Source of the DNA: Phoronis australis
Taxonomy: Eukaryota; Animalia; Phoronida
DNA length: 64,000 bases
Assembly: GCA_002633005.1 (NCBI GenBank)
Contig: NMRA01000034.1
Span: forward strand, 1,228,012 to 1,292,011
Reading direction: 5' to 3'
Of the stretch, positions 51,429-63,718 are shown piece by piece. The position numbers were made by a program, and so were the translations under genes. The notes under the pieces were generated by a model. That model was not told the origin of the DNA. It made no database searches and saw only the letters and a list, made by a program, of their open reading frames with translations. Positions within the stretch are counted from its first letter, which is position 1, and every line of letters starts with the position of its first letter.

Positions 51429-54400
51429 ATGTCTTGTCTGGCATCAGTTCTCAAGCTCTGTTCACGAGGTTCTTCTCATCTACTGAAAACCACAATGCGT
51501 CGCACCCTACCATCTTTCTGTGTTAGCCGCATGGGAATGACAACATTTGTTGCAGATAATTACAACCGTATGTACACATTACAGACGTGGGGACATGATG
51601 TGCACCCCTATGGGAAACTGATTGTCAGTGTGCCTTTCAACATAAAGGTGAGAAACAAATGCCAAACAGTTAAAGATAGTGCTGCTCACTTGTCAAGAAA
51701 TAGTTGTAGTTTTGTGACAGCCAGTTTATTGTGATCAGTATTTGTTGCCAGAGAATACTTCCTTGTTACTCTGTGGAGAGGGCCCCCATGGAAAGCAGTG
51801 TGAACTGATGGGGCTACCCTCATTCTAATATTATTGTAATGAATAAATAAATGGAATATGAACTGCAAAGAGTATGTCGTTCATTATGTTGAGAAAAGAT
51901 GAATATATTGCTAGTAAATCCCTGAGATACTAAGGTTGACGGATGGTAACAAATGTTTCGGCCTGGTCCGCTAGGCCTTTGTCAATATGTGGAAGATTTC
52001 CCGTCATATGCTTGATAAGGATATCACTGTAGAAGGGAGTTAATTGAACGCCGCGGTCCTGATTCAGAATTAGGCACTGGATCTTGATTTTGATTCTTTG
52101 GTTTTACATGCGTGTCAGGTTTGCTTCTTGCTAATGATCTTGAATAAATACATCACCTTTCATTCTGTTGCCTGTGCCCATCTGTATAGAGCTGAATGTT
52201 ATGTCATCAACATTCATGACCTTGTGGAATAGGTAGACCACGTTGAGAGTGCGTTACAAGCTAAAGGTTAGTACCAGGATTGGATTTTAAAAACCCTCCA
52301 CGTCGTAAACCTGTTGAAAAACCAGATGGTCCCTCCGTCACCATCCCTTACAAAAGGGCTGAAAGTGTGGAATGAACATAAAATCAAGGAATCTAATCAA
52401 AATCAAGATTCAGCACCTTTTTAGATTGGGACTGTGGTGTTCAATTATCTCCCCTCTGAAGTGACATCCTTATCAAACATACGGCTGAAATACTCCAGAT
52501 TCTCCAGTCATCGACAAAGGCCTGGCAGACCCGAGCAAATAGTCTGCTTCCATTCGTCAATTTTAGTCTCTCAGTAGGCTTTTTTTACCAATGTCATTGA
52601 GAAACAACCTAATTTCCTGTAATTTTATCCTAATTCAGCTATAATTCTGTCCTGTTTTACACACAGTCAACAGAAAGTTAAATAAAACAGCAAGACGTTT
52701 CAAAGTTCCTCAAATCATCAGTTATAATTTAAAGTCAGTACACAGATGCAATAACATCATGCAGAGAGGTCATTCGATGATTATTTAAGTTTCTATTGAC
52801 CATTTGGCGTAGAACTGACATTACACCTAGTCCTTCTTAAGTCATTATCTTCAATCTATTGAGAGAGGCACATATGCAAGGGGCCTCGACGCCTTTTGAG
52901 GGTCTCCCAGCCTTTATACTAATTGCTCTTTATGTATTAGCTGTAAATGTATTGTGGCTAAAACAAACTAGTATGATCCTTTTATCGAAGCGCAAGTTCT
53001 CCATGTGGCAGCATATTCCTAACGGATTAGCTGATTTCCTGTGCTTTACAGGTTATTCCAGTGGATGACGTGGAGTGTCCTTTCATGGACAAAGCTTTCA
53101 TTACACTGTATGCTGATACAGAAAAGCACCATATGATGGAGGATGTGATGGAATGGAACAGGTCACTAATTATAAAGATTATAATACCAATAAGTCAAAA
53201 GAAGAGCGTATGATATATATTAAATTGAAAAGATCTTCATATTGTGAATGAGTTTCGTACCAGTTAAGGTTTTCAGCTATGCATTAACTGAGATACGCAT
53301 TGACTGTGCATGAAGATTTGTTCAATATTATGTATCCACCAGTCAAATTAACTTTCTTAGTAATGATTTGATAGCTTATATTACTGAAGGCAGAACAGAC
53401 GAAGTACTAGAGTTCACCAAAAGATGGCACCACGTTAGAGTGCTAATACTACAATGGTGATTTAAGAAGAGCTGATGTTCAGTGGCTCAGCATTCAAAAC
53501 AATTTAATATTGAGATGTGGATATAGGTTCTCAATATTAGGTGAGTGTCCATCTTATTAATGGAAACCTTCCAAGAATGGAAAAGCAACGTCATCCAAAT
53601 TAAAGTCATGTCAAGTACAACGGACACTATCCTGCATCAGTGGTGTGATGAGAATTATTAAGGCTGGCTCAAAACACACCCCACGTCGCCCTCCTCTGTG
53701 CTAACCCATTTTGACATGCCTTAAGTGATGGCCAGTCCCCTAAGCTATGCTACCTATCTGTTCATATCAAGTTAGTCTACTGACATGCACTACATGCGTG
53801 CACATATTGAAGGTTAGTCATTTGCATAAAACCTTTAGTGAAAAAGTTAATATGTTTTTTTATCTGAACATGCATTTTCTGGTCATATATCTGAAAACTC
53901 TTGCAGGTTTTACAAGTGTGCAATTGACTTGAGAGACCATGAGCGAGAGATTGACTTTGTAGGCACTATCACTGAGGAAGGTCACCAGCACTTTAAAGGG
54001 ATTGTACCCCTAGAGTGTCTCATTCAAGTCCCCATCAAGTTCTGTAAGTTTACCACCAACTATCATAGTGTTCGACGCTTAGCTCATGCCAATTCAACTT
54101 AGTAAAAATCGCAGGTCGCCACTGAGTTTGCCAAAATCAGGTCAGAAGTCGTGGACCAAAAAATGTGTTGCTGTCACCATTTTTAAAAATTGCGCATACC
54201 TGTTCCATTTTCCCCATAAATATACACCATTCGCTGTGTATTGTGGTATACATTACCATGGCATGACTCATCACCGCATCAAACAGTGGTTCCCATTATG
54301 GCTTATATTTTATTACAAAGTGCATTCCATACAATATTCATCAATTTCCATTGGGCATTATTTTGTACATTTACTACGCATTAAAATACAATCTCGTGCA

Positions 54401-57400
54401 GCAATTTCCCACCAAATCCGAACCTCTTCTTTTCTAATGAAATTTTAAGGCACTAGAAATATTTTTCTGTAGCATAAAACCATGCAAGTGTCATATACAT
54501 GGAACATTAAATTTCTTCTACTGTGTTCATTCATCACTGACTTCACTGCATGGCAAAGTGAGGAATTCCTTAAACACAATCTTCTTCTCATCAGACAAAC
54601 AATGATCCTATTCAATGTAATTTTCAAATTGGCTACCAGTTTTGTTTGTGGTTATGATTTTGCGACGACCACTTTGTATGTAGACGTCGTTCTCAGTGTA
54701 CCGAGTTTTCGAACAGCTGTGGAAAAACACAAAACTGAGGGATCTAATGATCTTCTGGGGCTGCCACTGTGGCATCAGAAATCATAGTACTTGGGCAATA
54801 CATGGAAATTGTAATCAAGTTGTTGACATCATGCTGCTTAGTACACTGTACATGATTGTGTGCATTGGTGCTTTGTTACTCTATGTAACGGACAACTGTG
54901 GCGGCATTCGAAGATTGTGGTAAAAGATTACAGCTGCTGTGACGCATCACTTTCAGTCAGAATTGAGCAGAAATGAATCTGCTGGCGGAATTGTCTGTCG
55001 TGACTCAGAAACTGTCTTTTGTCTCATTTTTGGCTTGTACTGTGTTTTATAAACAAACTTTGTGTTTCAGGTTTGTCGCTGCACATGGCTGAGGATGGAA
55101 ATGTGAGTGTACGCAATATGGAGAGTCATGACATCACAGTAACATCTCAGGCTGGTGATTGTAATCTCAGACATATTAAGGTATGGCAGTCCGTCTAACG
55201 TAAGGTGTTGAGAGTTAACCCTGTCTACACAGTCAAGTATAAAACCATCTGGCTTGGATTCTTGTTAGTCGATCAAAAGCACAATCCAGCTGCTAGAAAC
55301 TGCAACCAAATTACACTGAATGGGATACATCAGCTGATAGTGATTACAGGTGATTTAAACGTTTTTTTACACTGCAGTTGGTGTTTTGTTAATATTGGGG
55401 ATGTGGGATATTTACTGAGATTGCATCTGACGCTGTCTTTGCTATATGGGTGGATCTCGTCAGATGCTGCCTGACATGTGCCATCCATTTTTTTAGTTAT
55501 TTGAGATTTACTGATGGCTGAGATCTGACACCAGAACATTTCTCAAGTTTCAATGTAGTTGTATGACTCTGGGTTCAAGAGAACATGGTGTCTTTTCCTA
55601 TCCTGTTATTTGCACAACCGATCAACATGAAATTTACAGTCACGTACGTCTCGTCAATGTATCGGTGCCAGTTGTTTTTGGCTCAGATCTGATGCAAGAT
55701 GGTGCTTTCATTTGATTCTTGTTTTGTCTGAATTTTTTAATATTTATTCATGAAAGATAAGAAGCATCAAATAAACTCTCTCATTTCTTTAAGATTCATC
55801 CCTTAGCTTCTGTCAGACAATGTTTTGAGAAGTGTTGTGCATTCATAGCAATGATAGATGCTCTGAGAAAAAAAGGTCAAATTGACAATTACTTTTAATT
55901 GGTTCCAAATTGGTAAAATTTTAGTGTAGCCTTCTCTGGCATAGAAGATTTGGGATTGTTTGCAATTATCACAATTTTTATGAACATACAAACCATATAC
56001 TTTACAGGGGTCAGGATTTGCTGGTAGCGCACACTTTTGACATCATAAACATGGCAATGTCAAATACTTACTTTTTCATAAAAACATTTACAAAACTTCC
56101 AAAAACAGAAATTTCGCTAAGATCCAACCGGGCCTACAGGATGTATGATGTATTGCAAGATTACGCACCCATTGCTTCCCACTTCTGCTGCAAAAAAGGG
56201 CATCAACCAAAAAAAAATGTTGTTTGATTCCACTTCTGACCTTGACTTGGGCGAGCACTTTGCTTCGTTGTCCATCGAGGCAGGCTAAGTTCATAAAAAG
56301 TCATCCAATAACTTCCAACATTTTGTTACTTTATTTTGTGGCAATTGTGCTAGCATTAACGCCTGCTTGGAATTCATTAAAGAAGGTACAACATTGGTCC
56401 TAGAACAAATGTCACAGTTTGGGCAAGGACACTGGTGCAGTATCAAAGTGCAGTCTAACTTATTCACAGTACAAGGTGTGATTTATGTTTCATTTGTTTA
56501 TTTTAAAAAAGCACTATCAATATCATAGTCGTTTGTCAAAATACGGTCGTGTACTTGATGTAGGTCTACATGGAATGGCATGTTGTTTTTGACTGAGTTC
56601 AATACACACTTTCTTAAAAGAACATGTTGGCTTTCTATATTGTGTACATACGTTGTATGGCAATACTTGTCAGCAGGAATACTCAACAGGGATCTTGCCA
56701 GTGACCACCGTTCATGGTCTCGTTCAGGCTGTGCTTAAAACGCAGTTTTGATTCCCCTTGCTCTACCCTTGCGCCTCTGAAGTGGGAGATATAAAGTTTA
56801 ATAATTGCATGTTGTTTTTGTTGTAAAAATACTTAGTTTTTACAATAATTGAAAAAAGTTTTTGTAAAATTGTAAGAATACTTTGAATTGCGCACATTTT
56901 TTCACTGCTGGTAGCTTAGTTTCAGTATTTGGCTCATAATGTACACTCGTATGCTGCCAAATAAACATGAAATAATAGTATCGTCATTGTTGTATGTTTT
57001 CGGGAGAAGTGAAAGTCATTACTATTTGTACGCTTGGGAAAATTATGGTAATTGTGAATGGTTCCAAGTAGATTTGACCTAAAGTATTGATATTTGAATG
57101 TTTAAGGTATGATCAGACACTATGTGAATGTTAGAACACTTGTTAGTCGATATGAGCTTTATTGAATATTTTTGTGTAAATGCTGATTAATGGCAGGTGT
57201 TAAGTACCAGTATAAATTTGTTTTCTAGGCTGGTAATATCCACGTTCACAGTATGTCCGGAAACATCGTATGTAGAGACTCCATCCAGGGAAACATTGAG
57301 TTGAAGACCAATTTAGATGGAGTAAGTATTGAACTCTAGTCAAGAATTTTGCAAAAATAATCAAGTTGAATGCAACATTTTCTTGCTTTCCTGGGGTTTG

Positions 57401-60400
57401 AATCCACAATTTCCCGTCATACTTTTGAAATATAACAGCTCTGTGCTCTCCAATTCAAGCATAGTACTTTCACTTCTGTGAGACACTTGATTGCTATATG
57501 CGCGTGCCATGTGCTAAAATGTAAAGTTTTATGGCTTCTGTAGCGGAATCGATCATTTTCATCAGAGTTTTTGGGAGGGAGAGTGTTTCTGGTTAGAAGA
57601 TTTCCGTTGAACTTGATTCAGATGTATGTCGTGGCAATGAGCCAGTGGAAGTGGTGGATTTGAGTACTACAGCACCTAGCGATTACAGTATTTTGGAGGT
57701 GATGGCATCTACCAGTTTTGAGTCAATTCCAATATGTTCTGTGCCCCATTATGCCTATTGCCAATCCTTAGTGAAAGGAATTAAACTACGCCTGCCAATT
57801 TTTGGATGCCTAGTTCTGTTTCTCTTTGTAGCATTTTTATGCGCTCACATGTACATGTAGCAATGTGGATGCATATTGCTGTCATCTCTGTCTGGGCATG
57901 TGGTGTCTGCTGCTGTATCTCTTACTTAAATCTCAAGGGATCTCATTAAGCTTTGTTTGTATGAACCTGACGAGGACAAGTTTCCAATTAGTGCTGCACC
58001 CCTTACTGACAATTTAAGTTGGTATGCACCCACATGTGGACCCATATTGCTGTCATTTCTTTCGAGGCATCCAGTGTCTGGGCGTTAGTTGCTGTGCCTC
58101 CCTGCTCAGAGCTTGGAATTTTCTTCTTTTAAGAGGATTTCCTCTTTCTTTGGTTTCAATTTCCTCTTATTTGATTCCCAGTTTCCTCTTTTCGTCTCTT
58201 TTTTATCATTATTGTGACTTTATTCATGCAACAACGTTTATTTCAGTAAAATTTTCAACACAAAAAATATTTCTGTGACACAAGCCTATTTATTGTGGAA
58301 TGATATAACTCCCTGAAAATTTTTTTTATGATTTATCATTCGTACCCCTGCCTGCAGGACCTTATTAAATGAAATTTTGGCAGATGTGTTCCTATTAAAC
58401 TGACGACAAATTTAGAACGGATCCAACTACTGCTCTGCCCTTAGTGGAAATTTTAGTGGTTTGCGTTTTCCTTTGTATCTTTAGAGCTCCTAAACGTGTT
58501 TTCATGAAATTTAGCAAGTACTTTCTATTAAGGAGACAACGATGCCTTAGTTCTCATTTTGTATTTGATGTATTTGACGCCACAAAGTGGACATTTTAAA
58601 AATTTGTAGTACTGCTCTGACATCCAACTCTCTATCCACCAGATGAGGAGACTGGAGCTGATGCTGATTTTCAGTTCAGATCGGTTCACCTACTCTGGTG
58701 GCAATTCTTTTGCATCCACGGCTCTGTCTCGTTAACCCTTAGCGCGACCTTTGTGAAATTTAGGACATGAGTTCCTGTGGAGATGACAGCAATTGTCATA
58801 AGTTTCAGACCAATCCAATCTCAGCTGTGCCCCCAGGGGCACTAGATGTGTTTGACGGCTGCACTTTTTATCCGCATCATGTTTCTAGGGCCAGGGCACT
58901 TAATGTCCGACCTCAAATTAAAGTTCCAAATTATTTCATACCTTTCCCCTCACCTTTTGACTTCTACTTTTGTTAGTACAATGTTCTCAAGATAAGCGTC
59001 AATGATTTCTTGAGTGTACTACAATTAGTGAAGATGTCTTGAGTTTATATTCCATGTTCTCACTTGATATCCTCTTAATTTGAGCAAAATCTTTGTGTTA
59101 AGACTTGAGATTTCAAGTTCAGACTCGAACTGCTTTGATGTATCCTCATCAAGTGCAAACTGGAATTAGATAATTATTTGAGTTCGGACTAAAGCAGAGC
59201 TGGAAAGGTGTTGGGATGTACAGATATGATGTAAACTGTGACAAGTGAGACAAGCAAATAACTTGAGTCATTTTTACTCCTCCACTTCTCAATGTGTAAA
59301 ATATTTCTTGTTTTACTATGCTTGATTGTTTTGTTTGGCCTCAGACCATCCAGGCAGACAAGTTGCAAGGCCAGCACATTAAAGTCAGGAGTGAAAACGG
59401 GGACATAAAAACCAAGGCAATTTATACAGACGATGCCAATTTCTGGAGCCAGACAGGGGAGATAAGACTGGGCAGCTGCCATGGAAAAATAGTCACAGAT
59501 GTCAGCGAAGGAAATATTTTCATTGGTAATTCAACGTTAGCATTTTTTGGAAATAACAAAAAGTGCATGTATACAGCAAGCTCTTCATTAATTCGCATAA
59601 ACTCAGTTTTGTGTTGGCGTACATATAGATTATTACATGGTGAAGTTGTTATCTCACATAATCTACTGCCCGTGGTTTTTGGAGAATTGTATTGTTGATT
59701 GCTAGCATGTTATGCTAAATGCGACTCTTCATTTCTTGAAAGATAGAGGCACTGCTCCTTGTTCACGTTCAAATTAAATGCCCATCTTCACGAAACACGT
59801 TGATGTGCCAAGATATGGTTGATTGTCTTAGCCGAGACCAGGCATATGACCTACATACCTCTTTCAAAATATTGGACTAAGTACTGCTCTGATTATGGAA
59901 GAATTCTAGTATGCCCAAGGCTGGGTGTTGTGTCTTGACCATTATCGGTTAAAAAGAACCTGATGGACATTTAAACAATTGTTTAATCAATTTTTCAGAC
60001 ACAGTTGATGGTAACTTGCAAGCTTGTGTCAAGAAAGGCTATTTTGAAGGACACATTTCGCGGGTTGACAACAAAGTTGTGGTGAAAAATGGTGAAGGTA
60101 CTGTGGAAGGAACTTATTATAAATCAAATATTAACTAAGATTACTAATTATTCCTATCTGCGAAAGCTGTTCAAATGATTACAGAAATAAATCTCGTTCA
60201 TTTTCTCTGCTTTCATTTTTTGTGAGAATTTATCAAACCAATTCTCACATTCTGCACTGATCATTGTGGGCTACAATGCCGATTCAAGGAAGTGGGATGA
60301 GCTGGATAAATATCAGATGTGAGATGTCACATTTCATCCCTTCCTGACAGTTCTGAAGGACAAAAGACAGTGAAGCCTGCCATGCGCACAACGCCTTGTT

Positions 60401-63400
60401 GTACAATCTATTAAGAGCATGGACATTTTGAGACATCCAGTTGTGAAATCACAGATGAAATTTGAAACTGATACTGGAAATAAAACTTATTAAGTTAGTG
60501 ACGTTGCTTCCGTCTCTCACGGACTTCAGATTGGCTAGGTGAAACGAAACAGTCCATTGCAATGCGTATGTCACAACACCGTCACCCTGGTTGTGGGGAG
60601 TCTTATGACTCGGGTATCTGTAGTCATCCATGTGCTACGGGACATTTTAATACTGAGGATGTTACTGTCCTAGACTGTGAGGGGGATTGGTTCAGAAGGG
60701 GTGTTAAGGAAGCTGTACATGAACACATCAAGAGTCCCTCTTTGAATAAACGAGGTGGTTATAGGTTTAATCTGTCACACGTGTGGGATAGTGTCCTGAC
60801 CTCAATGCCATGCCGTCTGGCTAAAACGCCACCTATCAGCCAGAATAGTAACAACATCAATAGCCAAGCTGAAGTCCGTGAGAGACAGACGCAATGTCGC
60901 TAACTTTAGTAAGTTTTATTTCCAGTATTAGTTTCAAATTTCATCTGTTATATAATCTTACCTCACAGCTGGAGTGCGTGATATGGTTTTAGAAAGTCTT
61001 GAGCCCATCTTTTATTCATCTGTGTAACCACAGTCCTATGTGTGGCACAACCCAGAATACTCAATACAAAAAGGCTACTGAATGCCGGCAAGAAACCAGT
61101 AACCTGCAGATGACATCAGCCTGGGTATCTTGCCATTCCTACTGTTTGAGCGGAGCACTGAGTGATGAGTCATACACTGCATCATCAATGACCCTGTTGA
61201 GCACTGGCGTATAAACTTTAATATGTTTGTTGTTCTATACATTGAAACTAAATTGTCTGTTGTCTCACAGGTAATGTACGCCTTCAAGTGCCTGATACCC
61301 TTGACGCTGATCTTGATCTGACTGCTGACCACATCATGGTAGAAAATGACTTAGTGGTGTATGATGCAGAAGAACACGACAGTCCTGATGGCAGACGGCG
61401 ATACAAAGGTGGGTGTGAATCTAGTCAGACTCTGATTTTGTGCCCCCTTGCAACGCTATTCACAGTTACCACAGGCTGCTAAAGGAGCGTTCGCACTGGG
61501 CGTATGTAGCGTTGTGTAGTACAGCATATTGAGTACTATGTGGGGCTGCGTAATGCAGTGTGTTGAGTACTATGTAGGATTGTGTAATGCAGCATATTGA
61601 GTACTATGTAGGGTTGTGTAGTGCACTATATTGAGTACTATGGAGGGTTGTGTAGTGCACTATATTGAGCACTATGTAGGATTGTGTAATGCAGCATATT
61701 GATTACTATGTAGGGTTGTGTAGTGCACTATATTGAGTACTATGGAGGGTTTTGTAGTGCACTGTATTGAGCACTATGGAGGGTTGTGTAGTGCACTATA
61801 TTGAGTACAACGGAGGGTTGTTTAGTGCACTATATTGAGTACTATGGAGGTTTGTTTAGTGCACTATATTGAGTACTATGGAGGGTTGTTTAGTGCACTA
61901 TATTGAGTACTATGGAGGGTTGTGTAGTGCACTATATTGAGTACTATGGAGGGTTGTTTAGTGCAGCATATTGAGAACTTATTGTTGTTGATGTTGTGTC
62001 TATGCTGTTCCCATGGCAAAGCAGTTCATCAGATGAACGTCAAAAATTATTAAGCATGTGTATTTTTTGGAATAATTTCTGCAAAGAGCACTAGGTGCAG
62101 AAAGTTTACTTAACACTTGGCTGCTGTATGCTATGCCTAAACAACGGGCAACTTTAAATTTACTCAGTGGCAACAATGCTTTAACTGTCCTTCCAGTAGA
62201 TACATTCATTCAGGTAGTTACATTGGACTGTTATCTCACCATTGCCTCCATGATAATCAAGTGCTATCTGTTCTTAAGTGCGTTAGATTTTTTAAATTTC
62301 CCTATTTTGGCAATTACAAATTTGTAAAAAAATGCGAGTGGTCACTACATTATTACAGCCACCTAAACCAAGGCACTTCTAGTTATATTTATTTTATGAT
62401 TGAAATCCTTTTGAAAACAGATCAATCATTGCACTGTCATTTATACTTTAACTGGCAGTGCTTATTTACCGTTTTACTGGTTTGCTTTTTGTGGTTTTTG
62501 AGTACCTCAAAATTTAGCACAAGAAGTTACAATGTTGACATTTTTTCTTCTGTGTTTCGTTTTGATGCCCATTGCATTTCCTATGGAATAATAAGAGACC
62601 TGGAAGGGGTCACTTTCTTCATTTTGAGGTTATTTTAGCTCAAACAGTATCTCGTAAAATTCCACAGTTTGACCTTGTCAAAAGTACGTCAATTTCAGAA
62701 TAGTGATTATCCCCTCTGCGTTTCATTAAGTGGTGATTGTTGTTGGGATTGTTTTAGCTTATGGGAACAATCTGAGAAGAGAGATTTCTTCTAATTAATA
62801 AATTCAAAATCTTCGTCTGAATTCAGTCACACTTAATGTCTACACTTAGGTTTTTCTTTTGTTTAGTGAAGCATCATTGTAAAATTTGATGTCATGCTCT
62901 CGTACCAAACATCAAAATATTTTTTAAATAATGAATCTGATTTGAAATAAATAATCACATTCAAATGTTGTATTGTCAGTGTTGTAAACTGACTGCTTTA
63001 TGCCTTTTATGCCAAACTGTGTCGAATCCCTTTTACTTTACTCAAGCATTAGAAAGAGAAGGGTTTTAGCTATACCTAGTGAATATAAAATCTCCAGTAT
63101 TGTTGTACCTTACGCCAGCGCGACGATAACGCCAACCTATGCATTACCTACTCACGACCTATATGCCGATCCTTCACGTAGCAATTTTTTTCATGAGTAC
63201 ACAACCAACAATGCAACTCTATGCTAGCCCTGAGTGAAAGACTCTTAAACTATCCTTCTGGTGCATTCCTTTTCCTGATGAACGATTTGTAGTTGCAAAA
63301 CTGGCATTAACTTTAAATCTTTGAATTAACAGCGAAAGTCTCGATCAATTCTGACTCATTTTTGGAGCAGCAGTTCATACCACATTTTTAACTGCAATTA

Positions 63401-63718
63401 AACTTTAAACTGAGGTGCTTGCTTATGGAGTGCTTGCTTATGGAGTGCTTGCTTATGGAGTGCTTGCTTATGGAGTGCTTCTTATGGAGTGCTTGCTTAT
63501 GGAGTGCTTGCTTATGGAGTGCTTGCTTATGGAGTGCTTGCTTATGGAGTGCTTCTTATGGAGACTAGCAGTACTGTTGTAGATAAGTGTGTTACTTTGT
63601 TTTCGTAGGAAAACTAAATGGTGGATCTGACCATCATTCAATCACTGCGGATACAGCCAAAGGAAGAATTGTCGCGGAATCTGTGAACTGGTTTGACACA
63701 CTGAAATTTGAAAAGTAA
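51429..63718 (+). CDS. FAM185A: FAM185A-like protein (DUF4097-type beta-strand repeats, probable mitochondrial presequence), 9 coding exons, 398 aa
   Basis: Exons 51429-51647, 53052-53161, 53907-54043, 55071-55180, 57229-57321, 59345-59525, 59999-60097, 61271-61408, 63609-63718 join in frame (1197 nt). Motifs: W..V.PYGKL.V.VPFNIKV, QVPIKF, repeated S..G(N/D)I units, IQADKLQG, C-terminal NWFDTLKF resembling the FAM185A C-terminus. AATAAA at 63780. Confidence 0.85.
51922..52575 (+). mobile_element. Penelope-like relic with inverted terminal repeats and decayed RT/linker coding remnant
   Basis: 51922-52110 and 52375-52575 are diverged inverted repeats. The middle reads DHVESALQAKG*YQDWI and, after a frameshift, VTIPY, resembling the PLE RT C-terminal/linker region. 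Confidence 0.6.
57385..57470 (-). mobile_element. Degenerate tRNA-derived SINE-like head
   Basis: Minus strand reads GCTTGAATTGGAGAGCAC...GGATTCAAACCCCAGG. Confidence 0.35.
57835..58880 (+). mobile_element. Same HINE-like family, degraded copies in a FAM185A intron, interrupted by a MITE
   Basis: Heads at 57835 and ~58023 (TATGCACCCACATGTGG..ATATTGCTGTCAT); subunits TGCCCTTAGTGG at ~58436 and TTCATGAAATTT. Confidence 0.6.
58107..58320 (+). mobile_element. Second copy of the 39800-40010 MITE, nested in a HINE-like element
   Basis: CAGAGCTTGGAATTTTC...AAGAGGATTT...TCTCTTTTTTATCATT shared with the 39.8-40.0 kb copy. Confidence 0.6.
60451..60948 (+). mobile_element. Penelope-like element relic: GIY-YIG endonuclease C-terminal fragment between inverted pseudo-LTRs
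   Basis: Translation from 60538 gives GETKQSIAMRMSQHR...HF....VTVLD.E.DWFRRGVKEAVH.....PSLNKRGG..LS.VWD, typical of the PLE endonuclease. 60451-60537 is the reverse complement of 60861-60948. Confidence 0.85.
61505..61976. repeat. 34-bp minisatellite, ~14 copies, in the last FAM185A intron
   Basis: Unit TATTGAGTACTATGGAGGGTTGTGTAGTGCACTA with variants. Confidence 0.95.
63415..63562. repeat. 15-bp minisatellite, ~10 copies
   Basis: Unit GTGCTTGCTTATGGA; two units lack one G. Confidence 0.95.

Noticed and set aside
61505-61976. CRISPR-like appearance of 34-bp repeats
   Set aside because: Units are contiguous with no unique spacers, the context is a eukaryotic intron, and there are no cas genes.
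10824-63718. U12-type (minor) introns in the three genes
   Set aside because: None of the inferred donors matches RTATCCTT; all are ordinary GT-AG.
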